From an uncultured Candidatus Rokubacteria bacterium (lineage in GTDB: Bacteria; Methylomirabilota; Methylomirabilia; Rokubacteriales; DASRDR01): a stretch of DNA of 64,000 bases. Below, in pieces: positions 47,493 to 58,177 of this stretch. The stretch is from the NCBI GenBank assembly GCA_963708025.1, contig CAVPSB010000029.1, positions 32,001 through 96,000 on the forward strand. The letters are read 5' to 3'. The notes beneath the pieces were generated by a model. That model saw nothing but the letters and a program-made list of their open reading frames with translations. It was not told the DNA's origin and ran no database searches. Numbering within the stretch: position 1 is the first letter of the stretch; the number at the start of each line of letters is the position of its first letter. A program made the translations under genes and the position numbers.

Positions 47493-49829
47493 TCACACCT
47501 TCAGCTGATCGCGGATGGGCAGACGCCGGATCCGCTTGCCCGTCGCCGCGAAGATCGCGTTGCACAGGGCCGGCGGGATCGGCGGCACGCCGGGCTCGCC
47601 CACGCCGCCGAGGGGCCGGTCGAAGTCCCCGGGGATGAGGTGCACCCGGATCTCGCGGGGGGCGTCGGCCAGGCGGGTGACCCCGTAGTCGTGGAAGTTG
47701 CTCTGCTCCACCCGGCCCGCCTTGAAGCTGATCTCGCCCAGCGTCGCGACGCCGACACCCATCACGCACGCGCCCTCCATCTGCGCGCGCACTCGCTCCG
47801 GGTTGATGGCGGCGCCACAGTCCACCGCGATGTCCACTCGCGGGATCGTCAGCTCACCCTTGTCGTTGACCGCGACCTCCACGACCGCCGCCACGTAGGT
47901 CACGAAGCTGTAATGCGCGGCGATGCCCAGTCCACGGCCCTTGGGCAGCGTCCGGCCCCAGCGCGCCTCGCGCGCCGCCGTTTGCACGACGCGCCGCAGG
48001 CGGCCGGTGTCCACGGGATAGCGCTCGGGCGACTCGTCGTGGTTCCAGGCATCGGACAGGCTCTGTGGCGTCATCCAGCGGGCCGGGCCGATCACGTCCA
48101 GCAGGAAGTCCTTCGGGTCACGACCCGCCGCCGCGGCCAGCTCGGCGACGAAGGACTGGACCGCGAACGCATGGGGGATGTTCGAGACCGATCGGAACCA
48201 GCCGATGCGCGTGTGGGCGGTGGCCTCCGGGTTCTCGATGCGGACGTTGGGAATCGCGAACGGGACGTTGATGACCCCCATGCCGAGCTCGAACGCATCC
48301 TCCTGCTTCGCGTCGGCCTCGAACGTTGACTTGATCGTCGGCGCGACGCTGCGGTGCAGCCAGGCCACCGGCTTGCCGCTGGCATCGACGCCGGCCTCCA
48401 GGTGCTCGACCGACACCGTGTGGAAGTAGGAATGGTGCAGGTCGTCCTCGCGCGTCCAGGTCACCTTGACCGGCTTGCCGTTGACCGCCTTGGACAGGAC
48501 GGCCGCCTCGATGGCGAAATCGGGCTTGGACTTGCGTCCGAAGCCGCCGCCCAGCAGCGTGACGTGCACGGTCACGTCGGCCGCCGACATGCCCAGCCGC
48601 TTCGCCACCAGGTCCCGGGCAGCCTGGGGAGACTGGAAGCAGCCCCACACCTCGCACTTGCCCTGCACGATCCGGACGGTCGCGGCGGGCGGCTCCATGG
48701 TCGCGTGGGCCAGGTGCGGGGCGTAGTACTCGGCCTGGAGGCGGCGCGCGGCGCCGGCCATGCCCGAGTCGACGTCGCCATCGTTGCGCACGACCTTCCC
48801 GGGCTTGCGCGCGGCTTCCTCGAGCGTCGCCTTGAAGGCCACCGAGTCGTACCCCGCGTTCGGGCCGTCGTCCCACGCGATCTTCAGCGCCTTGAGACCC
48901 TGCATGGCCGCCCAGGTGTTGCTCGCGATGACTCCGACGCCGCCCAGCGGATTGAACTCGGCGGGCGGCGCGCTGCCCTCGATCTCCACCACCTTCACCA
49001 CGCCCGGAACCTTGAGCGCCTCGGCCGCGTCGTAGCTCGCCACCTTGCCGCGATACACCGGCGGACGGGCCACGACCGCGTAGAGCATGCCGTCCAGTCG
49101 CGTGTCGATGCCGTACTGCGCCTTGCCGGTGACGATGTCGCGGCCGTCGACCAGCTTCAGCTCACCCTTGCCGATGTAGCGGAACTGCGCCGGATCCTTG
49201 AGGCGCAGTGTCTCCCGCGCCGGGACGGGCAGGCTGGCCGCGGCCTTGGCGAGCGATCCGTACCCGGCGCGCCGGCCCGTCGGGCGATGCACGACCTCGT
49301 GGTTCTTCGCCTCCACTTCCTTCACGGGGACGTTCCAGCGCGCGGCGGCGGCCGCTTCGAGCATGGTGCGGGCCGCGGCGCCGCAGCGGCGCATGGGGTC
49401 GAAGAAATGCCGCGTGCTGCGCGAGCCATCGGTGTCCTGGTTGCCGAAGCGCTGCTCGTCACCGGGCGCCTGCGCGACGCGCACGCGCTTCCAGTCGGCT
49501 TCGAGCTCGTCGGCCACGATCATCGGCATGCCGGTCCGCACGCCCTGTCCCATCTCGGAACGGTGGCACACGATGGTCACGGTGCCGTCCTCGGCGATGG
49601 CGACGAACGCGAGCGGATCGTCGACCCAGCCGTGCGGCATGCCGTCGGCCCCGTACTTGGGCGGCTCGGCACCGCGCAGGCGGGCCGGATATCCGAGTGC
49701 CAGCACCAGTCCACCGAGTGCGGACACTCCCTGGAGGAACCGGCGCCGGCTCACGTTGGCGATCACCAGCGGCTCGTCGCGCAGCGCATCGGCCGTCGTG
49801 CGGGACATCGGACCGCGTGACCCGTTCAT
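47493..49829 (-). CDS. iorB: Isoquinoline 1-oxidoreductase beta-like molybdoprotein subunit (Tat signal)
   Basis: SRRRFL, EMGQG, TDGSRS, HATMEP, GGGFGRK, WTREDD, GGVGEPG. Confidence 0.88.
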   Translation of the reverse strand: MNGSRGPMSRTTADALRDEPLVIANVSRRRFLQGVSALGGLVLALGYPARLRGAEPPKYGADGMPHGWVDDPLAFVAIAEDGTVTIVCHRSEMGQGVRTGMPMIVADELEADWKRVRVAQAPGDEQRFGNQDTDGSRSTRHFFDPMRRCGAAARTMLEAAAAARWNVPVKEVEAKNHEVVHRPTGRRAGYGSLAKAAASLPVPARETLRLKDPAQFRYIGKGELKLVDGRDIVTGKAQYGIDTRLDGMLYAVVARPPVYRGKVASYDAAEALKVPGVVKVVEIEGSAPPAEFNPLGGVGVIASNTWAAMQGLKALKIAWDDGPNAGYDSVAFKATLEEAARKPGKVVRNDGDVDSGMAGAARRLQAEYYAPHLAHATMEPPAATVRIVQGKCEVWGCFQSPQAARDLVAKRLGMSAADVTVHVTLLGGGFGRKSKPDFAIEAAVLSKAVNGKPVKVTWTREDDLHHSYFHTVSVEHLEAGVDASGKPVAWLHRSVAPTIKSTFEADAKQEDAFELGMGVINVPFAIPNVRIENPEATAHTRIGWFRSVSNIPHAFAVQSFVAELAAAAGRDPKDFLLDVIGPARWMTPQSLSDAWNHDESPERYPVDTGRLRRVVQTAAREARWGRTLPKGRGLGIAAHYSFVTYVAAVVEVAVNDKGELTIPRVDIAVDCGAAINPERVRAQMEGACVMGVGVATLGEISFKAGRVEQSNFHDYGVTRLADAPREIRVHLIPGDFDRPLGGVGEPGVPPIPPALCNAIFAATGKRIRRLPIRDQLKV

Positions 49830-50294
49830 GGGTTCGCTCCTTGCCTGGCCGCCGCCTGCTTGACGGCGGCCCGAATGCGCCCGTACGTGCCACAGCGGCA
49901 GATGTTGCCGTTCATGGCCTGGTCGATGTCGGCATCGGTCGGCTTCGGCTTGCTCTTGAGCAGCGCCGTCGCCGACATGATCTGCCCGGCCTGGCAGTAG
50001 CCGCATTGCGGCACGCCGATCTCGATCCACGCCGTCTGCACCGCCTGGCCGACCTTGTCCGCGCCGATCGCCTCGATGGTCGTGATCTTCTTGTTCGCCA
50101 CCGCGGAAATCGGCGTCACACACGAGCGCATCGGCTGGCCGTTGACGTGCACGGTACAGGCGCCACACAGCGCCATCCCGCAGCCGAACTTGGTCCCGGT
50201 CAGCCCCAGGTGGTCACGTAGCGTCCACAACAAGCGGGGTATCCGGGGGCAGGTTGACGTCGTAGCGCCTGCCGTTGACGGTGACTGGGGTCAT
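49826..50294 (-). CDS. iorA: 2Fe-2S subunit (IorA-like), frameshifted at about 50234
   Basis: [12 protein letters not shown] / [34 protein letters not shown]. Confidence 0.85.
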
Positions 50295-50436
50295 GGCGAT
50301 TCTCCTCTCATCACCTGGACGATCGAGGGCCACTTCGCGGGCGGGGCGGAGACTCTACAGGGGCGGGCACTCCTTGCCGTCCGGCTATCATGACCCGCGA
50401 GGCCTTGTCAAGCGGCGTGCTGGAAACGCCGGGTTT

Positions 50437-50952
50437 CTAGCCGGGGAAGCGCCAGAGGCGGCCGGCGGGGGGCTCGTCCGAGAGCCGGAACTGGGGCAGA
50501 AGGAAGTCGGGGGCGAGCGGCTGGAAGCAGACCGCGACGCGCGCGCCGATGGCGACGCGCTCCTCGGGCTCCGGCCGGAAGTCGGGCGTGACGAGGTTCG
50601 CCACCAGGCGGAGGCCCTCGTCGGGCGTCGGCGCGCCGCGCTGCTCGTCCAGCTCGACGACCACCACGGGGTAGGGCGCCCACTCGCGAAAGCCGGGCTG
50701 GATGGCCTGGACCACGATCTCGTAGCTGTAGATCGTGCCGCCCCCGGACACCGGCTGCCACGTCCACCGCAGCGAGCCGCACCAGGGGCAGCCGACGCCC
50801 GGCGGGTAGCGGAGGAGCCGGCAGTCCTCGCAGCGGCGGACGACCAGCCGGCCCGTCGCCGCGGCCTCGAAGTAGCCGCGCCACTCCGAGTCGGTCTCGG
50901 GGACGATCAGCGCCATCCCGCGATACTCGACCCGCGCGGGCAGCCCGGCCAT
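50437..50952 (-). CDS. Zn-ribbon/OB-fold (DUF35) thiolase partner
   Basis: RCEDC..PP..CPWC, SG.GTIYSY, PY.V.VVELDE. Confidence 0.88.
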   Translation of the reverse strand: MAGLPARVEYRGMALIVPETDSEWRGYFEAAATGRLVVRRCEDCRLLRYPPGVGCPWCGSLRWTWQPVSGGGTIYSYEIVVQAIQPGFREWAPYPVVVVELDEQRGAPTPDEGLRLVANLVTPDFRPEPEERVAIGARVAVCFQPLAPDFLLPQFRLSDEPPAGRLWRFPG

Positions 50953-50956
50953 CGCG

Positions 50957-52178
50957 CTACCGCCTCAGGATCAGGGCGCTGCCCGTCGCCGGGGTCGCCC
51001 AGCCCATGTTCATGGAGATCTCGGCGTCCCGGACCTGGCGGCAGCCGCCCGGGCGGTGGTCGTAGGTGTGGACGCCCTTCGCGGCGTCCGGGCAGTAGTC
51101 GTCGGCCGCCCCCCGGAGCTGGCGGACGTTCTCGATCACCATGCTCATCCCGTGGGTGTACCCCTCGCAGAGGTGGCCGCCGCTGGTGTTGTTCGGGCGC
51201 GCGCCGCCCAGCTCGATGGCGCCGCTCGCCACGTAGGCCCCGCCCTCGCCCTTCGTGCAGAACCCGAACTCCTCGAGCTGCAGCATCGCGGTGAAGGTGA
51301 AGGCGTCGTAAGCGCCGGTCACGTCCACGTCGGCCGGCTCGATGCCGGCCCCGGGGAAGACCACCTCCCGGGTGTGGACGCCGGCTACCTGGGTGATCCG
51401 GCCGTTGTAGAGGTAGTCGGCGCGCGGCTTGGACACCCGGCCGGCGGCGGCCATGACGTGGATCGGCCGCGCCCGGCAGTCCCGGGCCCGCTCGGCCGAG
51501 GTCAGCACCAGCGCGGTGGCGTTGTCGGTCTCCACGCAGCAGTCCAGCAGGTGGAGCGGCTTGACGATCCAGCGCGAGGCGAGCACCTCGTCCACGGTCA
51601 CCGGCGTCTTGAGGAGCGCCTTCGGGTTGCACGCGGCGTGCTTGGAGTGGGCGACCTTGACGTGGGCGACCTGGGCCGAGGTCGTCCCGTACTCGTACAT
51701 GTGGCGCATGAATGTCGGGGCGAAGCGCTGGCCGGCGCTCATCATGCCGTAGGGCCGGTCGGCCAGCTCGAGGCCCCGGACCGGCGCCGCCGCCCGCGCC
51801 CCCGTCCCGCCGATCCGCACCTCGGTGTAGCCGTTCATGGCGCGGAAGAGCACGACGGCCCGGCAGAGACCGACCTCCATGAGCCCGAGGGCGTAGGCGA
51901 CCAGCCCCTCGGTGCTGCTGCCGCCCCCGATCACGTCGGCGAAGGTGTTGAGCCGGAGCCCGAGGTCGGCCGCCACCGCGGTCGAGGGCGTCGAGTCGTT
52001 GGAGTGGTACGAGAGCATCCCGTTCGACTTCGTCGGACCGCAGCCCGGCGTCGGCGAGCGCCTTCGACACGGCCTCCACCGCGAGCGCGCGGGTCGAGCG
52101 TCCGGAGGCGCGACTGTACTCGGTCTCGCCGACGCCCACGATGCAGTAGCGGTCGCGGATCCCGGCCATCCGGGTCAT
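50957..52178 (-). CDS. Thiolase-like (SCP-x/Ltp2-type) protein, frameshifted at about 52024
   Basis: IVGVGETEYSR / PLHLLDCCVETD, YDAFTF, NTSGGHLCEGY.HG, RQLRG. Confidence 0.85.
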
Positions 52179-52271
52179 GGCGCCCTATCTTACACGGCGG
52201 GCGCGGTCGCCGGGACCGCATTCCCCGGCGAGGCGGGGCGAGCAGGTTGGCGCGAGCCGAGGGAGCGGCAT

Positions 52272-52349
52272 CGCCGAAGGCCCAGGCGGTCGTTCCCCCG
52301 ACGTCGAAGACGAGCCCGCTGAGCAAGGGCCCCAGCGACGAGGTGGGGC
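52272..52349 (-). repeat. Diverged duplicate of the MFS 3' region (53126-53203)
   Basis: Ungapped 63/78 nt match by manual count; PTSSLGPLLSGLVFDV..AWAFG vs PTSSLGPVLGGLVFDV..AWAFG. Confidence 0.8.
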
Positions 52350-52351
52350 TG

Positions 52352-52768
52352 TCAGTCGAGGGGATGGCGCCAGCGGAGACCGGGGAACCGAGCGTAGTCA
52401 CGGTCAGCCGTTACCCACTCGGCCCCGGACTCGATGGCGAGGGCCGCGAGGTAGCATCGGGCACGAGGCTCGCTCGCGCGCCGGCCCCTCGGCAGAGCCG
52501 AGTGAAGATCGCCCAGCGTCGCTCGCCGGGAGAGACAGAGAGGCAGTTCGGGTGGGCGAGGTCCGTGATCAGGCGTATCGAGCGGAGTCGGATCACGGAA
52601 CACGCGGGGATGCGTGACAACCCCGAGGAAGCCACTGAGGACGAGATCCGTCATGCCGTACGCGGTGTCCGACTGCATGACGTCTCCCAGCCAGGCCCGA
52701 TACCGCGCATGCTCCGGCGCATCGAGCCGGTGGGCGTAGACGAGGACGTTAACGTCGATCAGGAACAG
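52352..52768 (-). pseudogene. vapC: VapC PIN-domain toxin, frameshifted, no canonical start
   Basis: LIDVNVLVYAH, FL.VVTHPRVF, LVPDA.LAALAIESG..VTADRDYARFPGL spread over frames. Confidence 0.8.
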
Positions 52769-53006
52769 CCGCGGGCTCCGTCAGGTCGAGCAGTGCAGCG
52801 CTGTCGTCGAGGTCGACTCCAGGCTGGAGGCCGCCAACCCCGAAGGTCGTGAGTTCGACCCGCCCGGGACGACCCGCGCGCCGGCGGCGGGCGAGCGCTT
52901 CCCTGAGGGCGTCCTCGACGAGGGCCGTCATCGTCGTGCCCGACGCGGCGGCGAGCTTCTTGAGCCGCGCGATCAGATCGTCAGGAAGGTTGATCGTCGT
53001 ACGCAT
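52749..53006 (-). CDS. vapB: VapB/CopG-like RHH antitoxin
   Basis: MRTTINLPDDL..LK..A..T.T.LVEDALR..PGVDLDD. Confidence 0.85.
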   Translation of the reverse strand: MRTTINLPDDLIARLKKLAAASGTTMTALVEDALREALARRRRAGRPGRVELTTFGVGGLQPGVDLDDSAALLDLTEPAAVPDRR

Positions 53007-53030
53007 GCATCAAAGCATACGGTCGATGCA

Positions 53031-54266
53031 TCACGATGGCAACTCGGTCACCGGCTCGGGGGCTCTCCCCGGCGGCCGGGCTAGGGCGAGCAGGCCGAGC
53101 GCGAGCAGGTTGAGGACCGCGGCGCCGCCGAAGGCCCAAGCGTAGCTCCGGGTGACGTCGAAGACGAGGCCGCCCAGCACGGGCCCCAGCGACGACGTGG
53201 GGCCGGCGATCCCGAAGATCAGGCCGACGAGGCTGCCCGAGTGCGCCGGGCCGAAGAAGTCGCCGATGATCGCCGGCATCAGCGCGGTGACCGCCCCGTA
53301 GGCGAAGCCGTAGACCCCCGACGCGGCGAAGAGGCTCGGGGCGCCCGTCGGCAGCGCCAGGCCGACGAAGGCGAGCGCCTGGAGGGCGAGCGAGACGGCG
53401 AGCGCCGCCCGGCGGCCGATCCGATCGGAGACGGCGCCCATGGTCAGACGCCCCGCCAGGGAGCCGGCGCCGAGGGCCGACAGCGCGGTGGCGCCGGCGG
53501 CGGGCGAGAGCCCGAGGTCCTGCGCCAGCGGGACCAGGTGCACCGGCGCCATGAAGACCGGGATCCAGGTGGCGGTGTAGACGCCGGCCAGTGCCAGGAA
53601 CGACGGGTGGCGGAGGGCGCGCCGCACGGGCCAGCTCGGGGCTCCGGGCTCGGCCGCCCGGTCCCCGGCCGGCGCGCCGCCGTAGGGCCGGAGGCCGCGG
53701 GCGGCCGGGTCCCGGACGAGGAGCCGGGAGAGCCCGGCGAGCGTCAGCGCGAGCCCGGCGCCGAGGGTCAGGTAGGTGGCGCGCCAGCCGGCGCGGTCGA
53801 TGAGCAGGGCGATCAGGCGCGGGCAGACCAGGACACCCACGCCGGCGCCGGCCATGACGAGGCCCACCGCGGTGCCGCGGCGGGCGGTGAACCACCGGAC
53901 GGCGGTCGAGCTGCACGGCACGTAGGCGGTGCTCATGCCGAGGCCGGCCACGAAGTACGTCGCGTAGAGCGGCGCTAGCGAACGGACCGTGCCCGAGGCG
54001 CCGAGCCCGAGCCCGAGGAGCAGCCCGCCCAGGGCGACGACGCGCTGCGGCCCCCAGCGGTCAGTGAGCCGGCCTGCGATCAGCCCCGTGAATGAGTACG
54101 TGCCCGCGTAGAGCGAGAAGACGCCGGCCAGCGCGGCCCGGCTCCAGCCGAACTCGGCGGTGAGCGCGGCGAAGAAGAGGCCGAAGGCGTACTGGACGCC
54201 GTAGGTGAGGAACATCACCATGAAGCCGGCCGCGACGACCACCCACCCGTAGTGCAGTCGGCTCAT
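53031..54266 (-). CDS. MFS transporter (OFA/MCT-like)
   Basis: YGWVVV, EFGWSR, GRLTDRWGP, RWF..RRG.A.G. Confidence 0.88.
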   Translation of the reverse strand: MSRLHYGWVVVAAGFMVMFLTYGVQYAFGLFFAALTAEFGWSRAALAGVFSLYAGTYSFTGLIAGRLTDRWGPQRVVALGGLLLGLGLGASGTVRSLAPLYATYFVAGLGMSTAYVPCSSTAVRWFTARRGTAVGLVMAGAGVGVLVCPRLIALLIDRAGWRATYLTLGAGLALTLAGLSRLLVRDPAARGLRPYGGAPAGDRAAEPGAPSWPVRRALRHPSFLALAGVYTATWIPVFMAPVHLVPLAQDLGLSPAAGATALSALGAGSLAGRLTMGAVSDRIGRRAALAVSLALQALAFVGLALPTGAPSLFAASGVYGFAYGAVTALMPAIIGDFFGPAHSGSLVGLIFGIAGPTSSLGPVLGGLVFDVTRSYAWAFGGAAVLNLLALGLLALARPPGRAPEPVTELPS

Positions 54267-54353
54267 CCCTGCCGCTCTTCGACTGGATGGAGATGCCCCG
54301 GAGGAGACTCCCTCCGGCCCTAACGTCCTGAGGGGACCGAGGTCATAGAAGGC

Positions 54354-54578
54354 GGGGGCAGGGCCGAGGAGCGAGCAGCGCCCACAGGCCGAAGGCCGTC
54401 CGAGAGACGCAGGGAGTCGCCGACCGCAGGCGTATGCCGCATACGCCGAGGATCGGCGACGAACCGAGGACGACCATAGGTCGGGACGGACGCCCAAGGG
54501 CCGAAGGCCGTCCGACCGTCGTAGGCCGAGCGCGTCTCGACCGAGATGGACATTGCGAAGCTCATCGGCCCTGCCCCC
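54354..54578. repeat. MITE-like repeat family 2, copy B with two nested insertions
   Basis: TIRs GGGGGCAGGGCCGAGGAGC / GCTCATCGGCCCTGCCCCC (18/19); core matches reverse complement of 14901-15028. Confidence 0.8.
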
Positions 54579-55051
54579 TACATCGTGTCGTGGGCGTGGG
54601 GGTGGAGGAGTCTCGCCTCGATCCGGCCGAGCACCTCCAGGATGAGCAGGGCCAGGACGGTGCCGACGAGCGGGACCCAGATCAAGCCCGCGCCCACCGC
54701 CAGGCCGATCGCCGCCGCGATCCAGACCGAGCTGGCCGTGGTCAGGCCCTTGACCAGCCCCTGGCCCTCCAGCTTGATGATCGCGCCGGCGCCGATGAAC
54801 CCGATGCCGGTGGCGATCCCCTGGATCACGCGCGTGATGTCGGCGGCCGCCGCGCCCGCCTCGAGCGGCGCCAGCACGAACAGGGCGGAGCCCAGGGAGA
54901 CCAGCATGTGAGTGCGGAGCCCGGCCGTCTTGCCGAGCCGCCCGCGTTCCCAGCCGAGCGCGCCCCCGAACAGGGCGGCCAGGGTCAGCCGGACGGCGAC
55001 GCGGAGCGCCGCCCCGAAATCGGGGTTCTGGATGATCGCGTCCAGCGACAC
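54578..55051 (-). CDS. MgtC/SapB family membrane protein
   Basis: LGWER..AGLRTH.LV.LG, IATGIGFIGAG.I, GLTTA. Confidence 0.9.
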   Translation of the reverse strand: MSLDAIIQNPDFGAALRVAVRLTLAALFGGALGWERGRLGKTAGLRTHMLVSLGSALFVLAPLEAGAAAADITRVIQGIATGIGFIGAGAIIKLEGQGLVKGLTTASSVWIAAAIGLAVGAGLIWVPLVGTVLALLILEVLGRIEARLLHPHAHDTM

Positions 55052-55081
55052 GTGTCCCCCCTCCCCGGTCGCTCGCCGCCG

Positions 55082-57889
55082 CTATCGGCCGCGGCGATCG
55101 GCGCCCGCGCCGTGCCTGACCAGGACCTCCCGCAGGTACTTTCCGGTGTACGACGCGGCGACCTGGGCCACGACCTCCGGCGACCCCTCGGCCACGATCT
55201 CGCCGCCGGCCTCCCCCGCCTCGGGACCGAGGTCCAGGATCCAGTCGGCGCTCTTGATGACGTCGAGGTGGTGCTCGACGACCAGGACCGTGTTCCCGGC
55301 GTCGACGAGCCGCTGGAGGACGCCGAGGAGCCGCCGGATGTCGTCGAGGTGCAACCCGGTCGTGGGCTCGTCGAGAATGTAGAGGACGTCCCGCCCGAGC
55401 CGCGCCCCCAGCTCGGCGGCGATCTTCAAGCGCTGCGCCTCCCCGCCCGAGAGCGTCGTGGCCGGCTGCCCGAGCCGCAGGTACCCGAGCCCGACCTCCT
55501 GGAGGACCTGGAGCCGCCGGACGAGGGCCGGCACGGCCCCGAACAGCTCGACGGCCTCGTCCACGGTGAGCTGGAGCACCTGGCTCACGTCCTTGCCCCG
55601 GTACGTGACCTCGCGGACCTCGGCGCGGTAGCGCCGGCCCTCGCAGGCCTGGCAGGTGACGTAGACGTCCTCGAAGAAGTACATCTCGAGCTTCTCGAAG
55701 CCGTCGCCCTCGCACGTCTCGCAGCGCCCGCCCGGCACGTTGAACGAGAAGTGACCGGGGCCGAACCCGAGGGTCTTGGCCCGGGGCAGCCCGGCGAAGA
55801 GCTTGCGGATCTCGTCGAACGCCTTGATGTAGGTCACCGGGTTCGACCGGGGTGTCCGGCCGATCGGCTCCTGGTCGATGAGCTTCACGCCGCCGAGGTG
55901 CTCGAGGCCCGTGAGCGCGTCGTACGCCCCCGGACTGTCGAACTCGGCCTTGAAGGCCCGCGCTACCGCCCGGTACAGGGTGTCGTGGACGAGCGTGGAC
56001 TTGCCGGAGCCCGAGACGCCGGTGACGCAGGTGAGCGTGTGGAGCGGGATGCGGGCCGTGATGGCCTTGAGGTTGTGCTGGCGGGCGCCGACCAGGGCGA
56101 GCCAGCGGCCGCTCCCGTCCCGGCGGCCGAGCGGGAGCGGGATCGTCTCACGACCCGACAGATAGCGGGCGGTCAGCGACCGCGGATCGCGGGCGAACTC
56201 GTCGCGCGGCCCGGCGAAGATGACCTCGCCCCCCCGCTCGCCGGAGCCCGGGCCCAGCTCCACGCAGTAGTCGGCCGCCTCGATGAAGCTCCGGTCGTGC
56301 TCGACCACGACGACGGTGTTCCCGGCGTAGGCCAGCTCGCGACACAGCTCGGCCAGCCGGCTCACGTCCCGGGCGTGGAGGCCGATGGAGGGCTCGTCCA
56401 GGACGTACAGCGTGCCGACGAGCTGGGCGCCAAGCTGGGTGGCCAGGGCGATCCGCTGGGCCTCGCCGCCGGAGAGCGTGCGCGTCTGGCGGTCGAGCGC
56501 GAGGTAGCCGAGCCCCACCCGCCGGAGGAACGCTAGCTTCGCCTGGAGCCGGGCGCGAACGTCGCGCGCCACCTCGGTCTCCCACGCCGTCAGCCCGAGC
56601 CCGTCGAGCCAGGCGGCGACGTCGTCCACCGTCCGGCGGCAGAGCTCGGCGATGGTGAGGCCGTCCACGGTGACGGCGAGCGCCTCCGGCCGGAGCCGCG
56701 CCCCGCGGCACGTCGGGCAGGGTGCCTGGCTGCGATAGCGCGAGAGGAACACGCGGACGTGGAGCTTGTAGCGATACCCCTCGATCTCCTCGAAGAAGCC
56801 CCGGACCCCGCAGAAGTCGTCGTCGCCGTCCTGGACCCATCGCCGCGCCGCCTCGGGCAGCTCCCGGTAGGGGACCTTGACGTCCACCTTGCGGCGGCGG
56901 GCGGTCCGCATCAGCTCCTTCTGGTACCACTCCCCGGACGGGTGTCGCCACGGCTGGACCGCGCCGTCGGCGAGCGAGAGGGTCGGATCCGGCACCACCC
57001 GGCTCTCGTCGTAGCGGAGGAGGTGGCCGAAGCCGCGACACTCGGGGCACGCGCCGACCGGGTGGTTGAAGGAGAAGAGGAGCGGCTGGGGGCGCTCGAT
57101 CGCCTGCCCGCAGGCGTGACAGCCGAAGCGGTCGCCGTAGCGGTGAAGGGCGGGTGGCTGACCGTCGCGGAGGACCTCCACCACCGCGCGCCCGCCCCCC
57201 TCGCGGAAGGCCTGCTCCAACGAGCCGGCCATCCGGCTCTGGCGTGCGGGTTCCAGGGGCAGCCGGTCGAGGACGACGAGGAGCTCGGGGTGGCCGGTCA
57301 GATCGACGGCCGGCAGCGGCGTCAGCGGCTGGATCTCGTCACCGATCTTCACCCGCACGAAGCCGCGGGCGGCGAGGCGCCCCAGGAACTCCGCGGCCGG
57401 CTCCTTGGTCGGGACGGGGAGCGGGAACATGACGAGGGCGCGCGCGCCGGGCCAGGCGCGGCACAGCTCGTCGGCGACCCGGTCGGGGGCGTCGGCCCGC
57501 GCCTCCCGGCCGCAGCGGGGGCAGTGGACGCGGCCGATCCTCGCGTAGAGGAGGCGCAGGTAGTCGGCCAGCTCGGTGGCGGTCCCGACGGTGGAGCGGG
57601 CCGTGCGTACGGGATTCTTCTGCTCCAGCGCGATGGCCGGCCGGATGTGCTCTACCTGGTTGACGTCGGGCCGGTCGATCCGCTCGAGGAACATCCGCGC
57701 GTAGGACGAGAGCGACTCGACGAAGCGCCACTGGCCCTCGGCGAAGATCGTGTCAAAGGCGAGCGAGGACTTCCCGGACCCCGAGACGCCGGTCACGACC
57801 GTGAGCTGGTCGTGCGGCAGCGCGAGCGAGACGTTCTTCAGGTTGTTCTGTCGGGCTCCGTGGATCCGGAGCCATGAGGACTGCGCCAT
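55082..57889 (-). CDS. uvrA: Excinuclease ABC subunit A (UvrA paralog)
   Basis: GARQNNLKN, two GVSGSGKS, two [12 protein letters not shown], Zn-finger CxxC pairs. Confidence 0.92.
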   Translation of the reverse strand: MAQSSWLRIHGARQNNLKNVSLALPHDQLTVVTGVSGSGKSSLAFDTIFAEGQWRFVESLSSYARMFLERIDRPDVNQVEHIRPAIALEQKNPVRTARSTVGTATELADYLRLLYARIGRVHCPRCGREARADAPDRVADELCRAWPGARALVMFPLPVPTKEPAAEFLGRLAARGFVRVKIGDEIQPLTPLPAVDLTGHPELLVVLDRLPLEPARQSRMAGSLEQAFREGGGRAVVEVLRDGQPPALHRYGDRFGCHACGQAIERPQPLLFSFNHPVGACPECRGFGHLLRYDESRVVPDPTLSLADGAVQPWRHPSGEWYQKELMRTARRRKVDVKVPYRELPEAARRWVQDGDDDFCGVRGFFEEIEGYRYKLHVRVFLSRYRSQAPCPTCRGARLRPEALAVTVDGLTIAELCRRTVDDVAAWLDGLGLTAWETEVARDVRARLQAKLAFLRRVGLGYLALDRQTRTLSGGEAQRIALATQLGAQLVGTLYVLDEPSIGLHARDVSRLAELCRELAYAGNTVVVVEHDRSFIEAADYCVELGPGSGERGGEVIFAGPRDEFARDPRSLTARYLSGRETIPLPLGRRDGSGRWLALVGARQHNLKAITARIPLHTLTCVTGVSGSGKSTLVHDTLYRAVARAFKAEFDSPGAYDALTGLEHLGGVKLIDQEPIGRTPRSNPVTYIKAFDEIRKLFAGLPRAKTLGFGPGHFSFNVPGGRCETCEGDGFEKLEMYFFEDVYVTCQACEGRRYRAEVREVTYRGKDVSQVLQLTVDEAVELFGAVPALVRRLQVLQEVGLGYLRLGQPATTLSGGEAQRLKIAAELGARLGRDVLYILDEPTTGLHLDDIRRLLGVLQRLVDAGNTVLVVEHHLDVIKSADWILDLGPEAGEAGGEIVAEGSPEVVAQVAASYTGKYLREVLVRHGAGADRRGR

Positions 57890-58112
57890 GCCGTCGAACC
57901 CCCTGAGGGGCGATTGTACCGCGACCCGGAGGCGGCGGCGAGGAGCGGAGGCCGAGTCTCTCGCGCGCGACGGGCGGATCGAGCCCGACCTTCGAGCTCT
58001 TGGCGAGCTCTTGGCGACGCCTTGAACCAATGCCGACGACTCTGACTCCATCACCCGTCGGCTTCTCGCAACCCTCGGACTCGGGCCACGCGGCCGTGAC
58101 GTTCGGCTTCGA

Positions 58113-58175
58113 GCCGCGGCTTCGCCGCGGCCTCCGAGGGGGGGCTTCGGGGGGGCTTCCGAGACCCCCCGGAAG
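58113..58175. repeat. Hairpin cluster downstream of metX-like gene (possible terminator or REP-like)
   Basis: GCCGCGGC-TTC-GCCGCGGC perfect stem; CTTC GGGGGG..CCCCCC GGAAG second stem. Confidence 0.5.
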
Positions 58176-58177
58176 TC

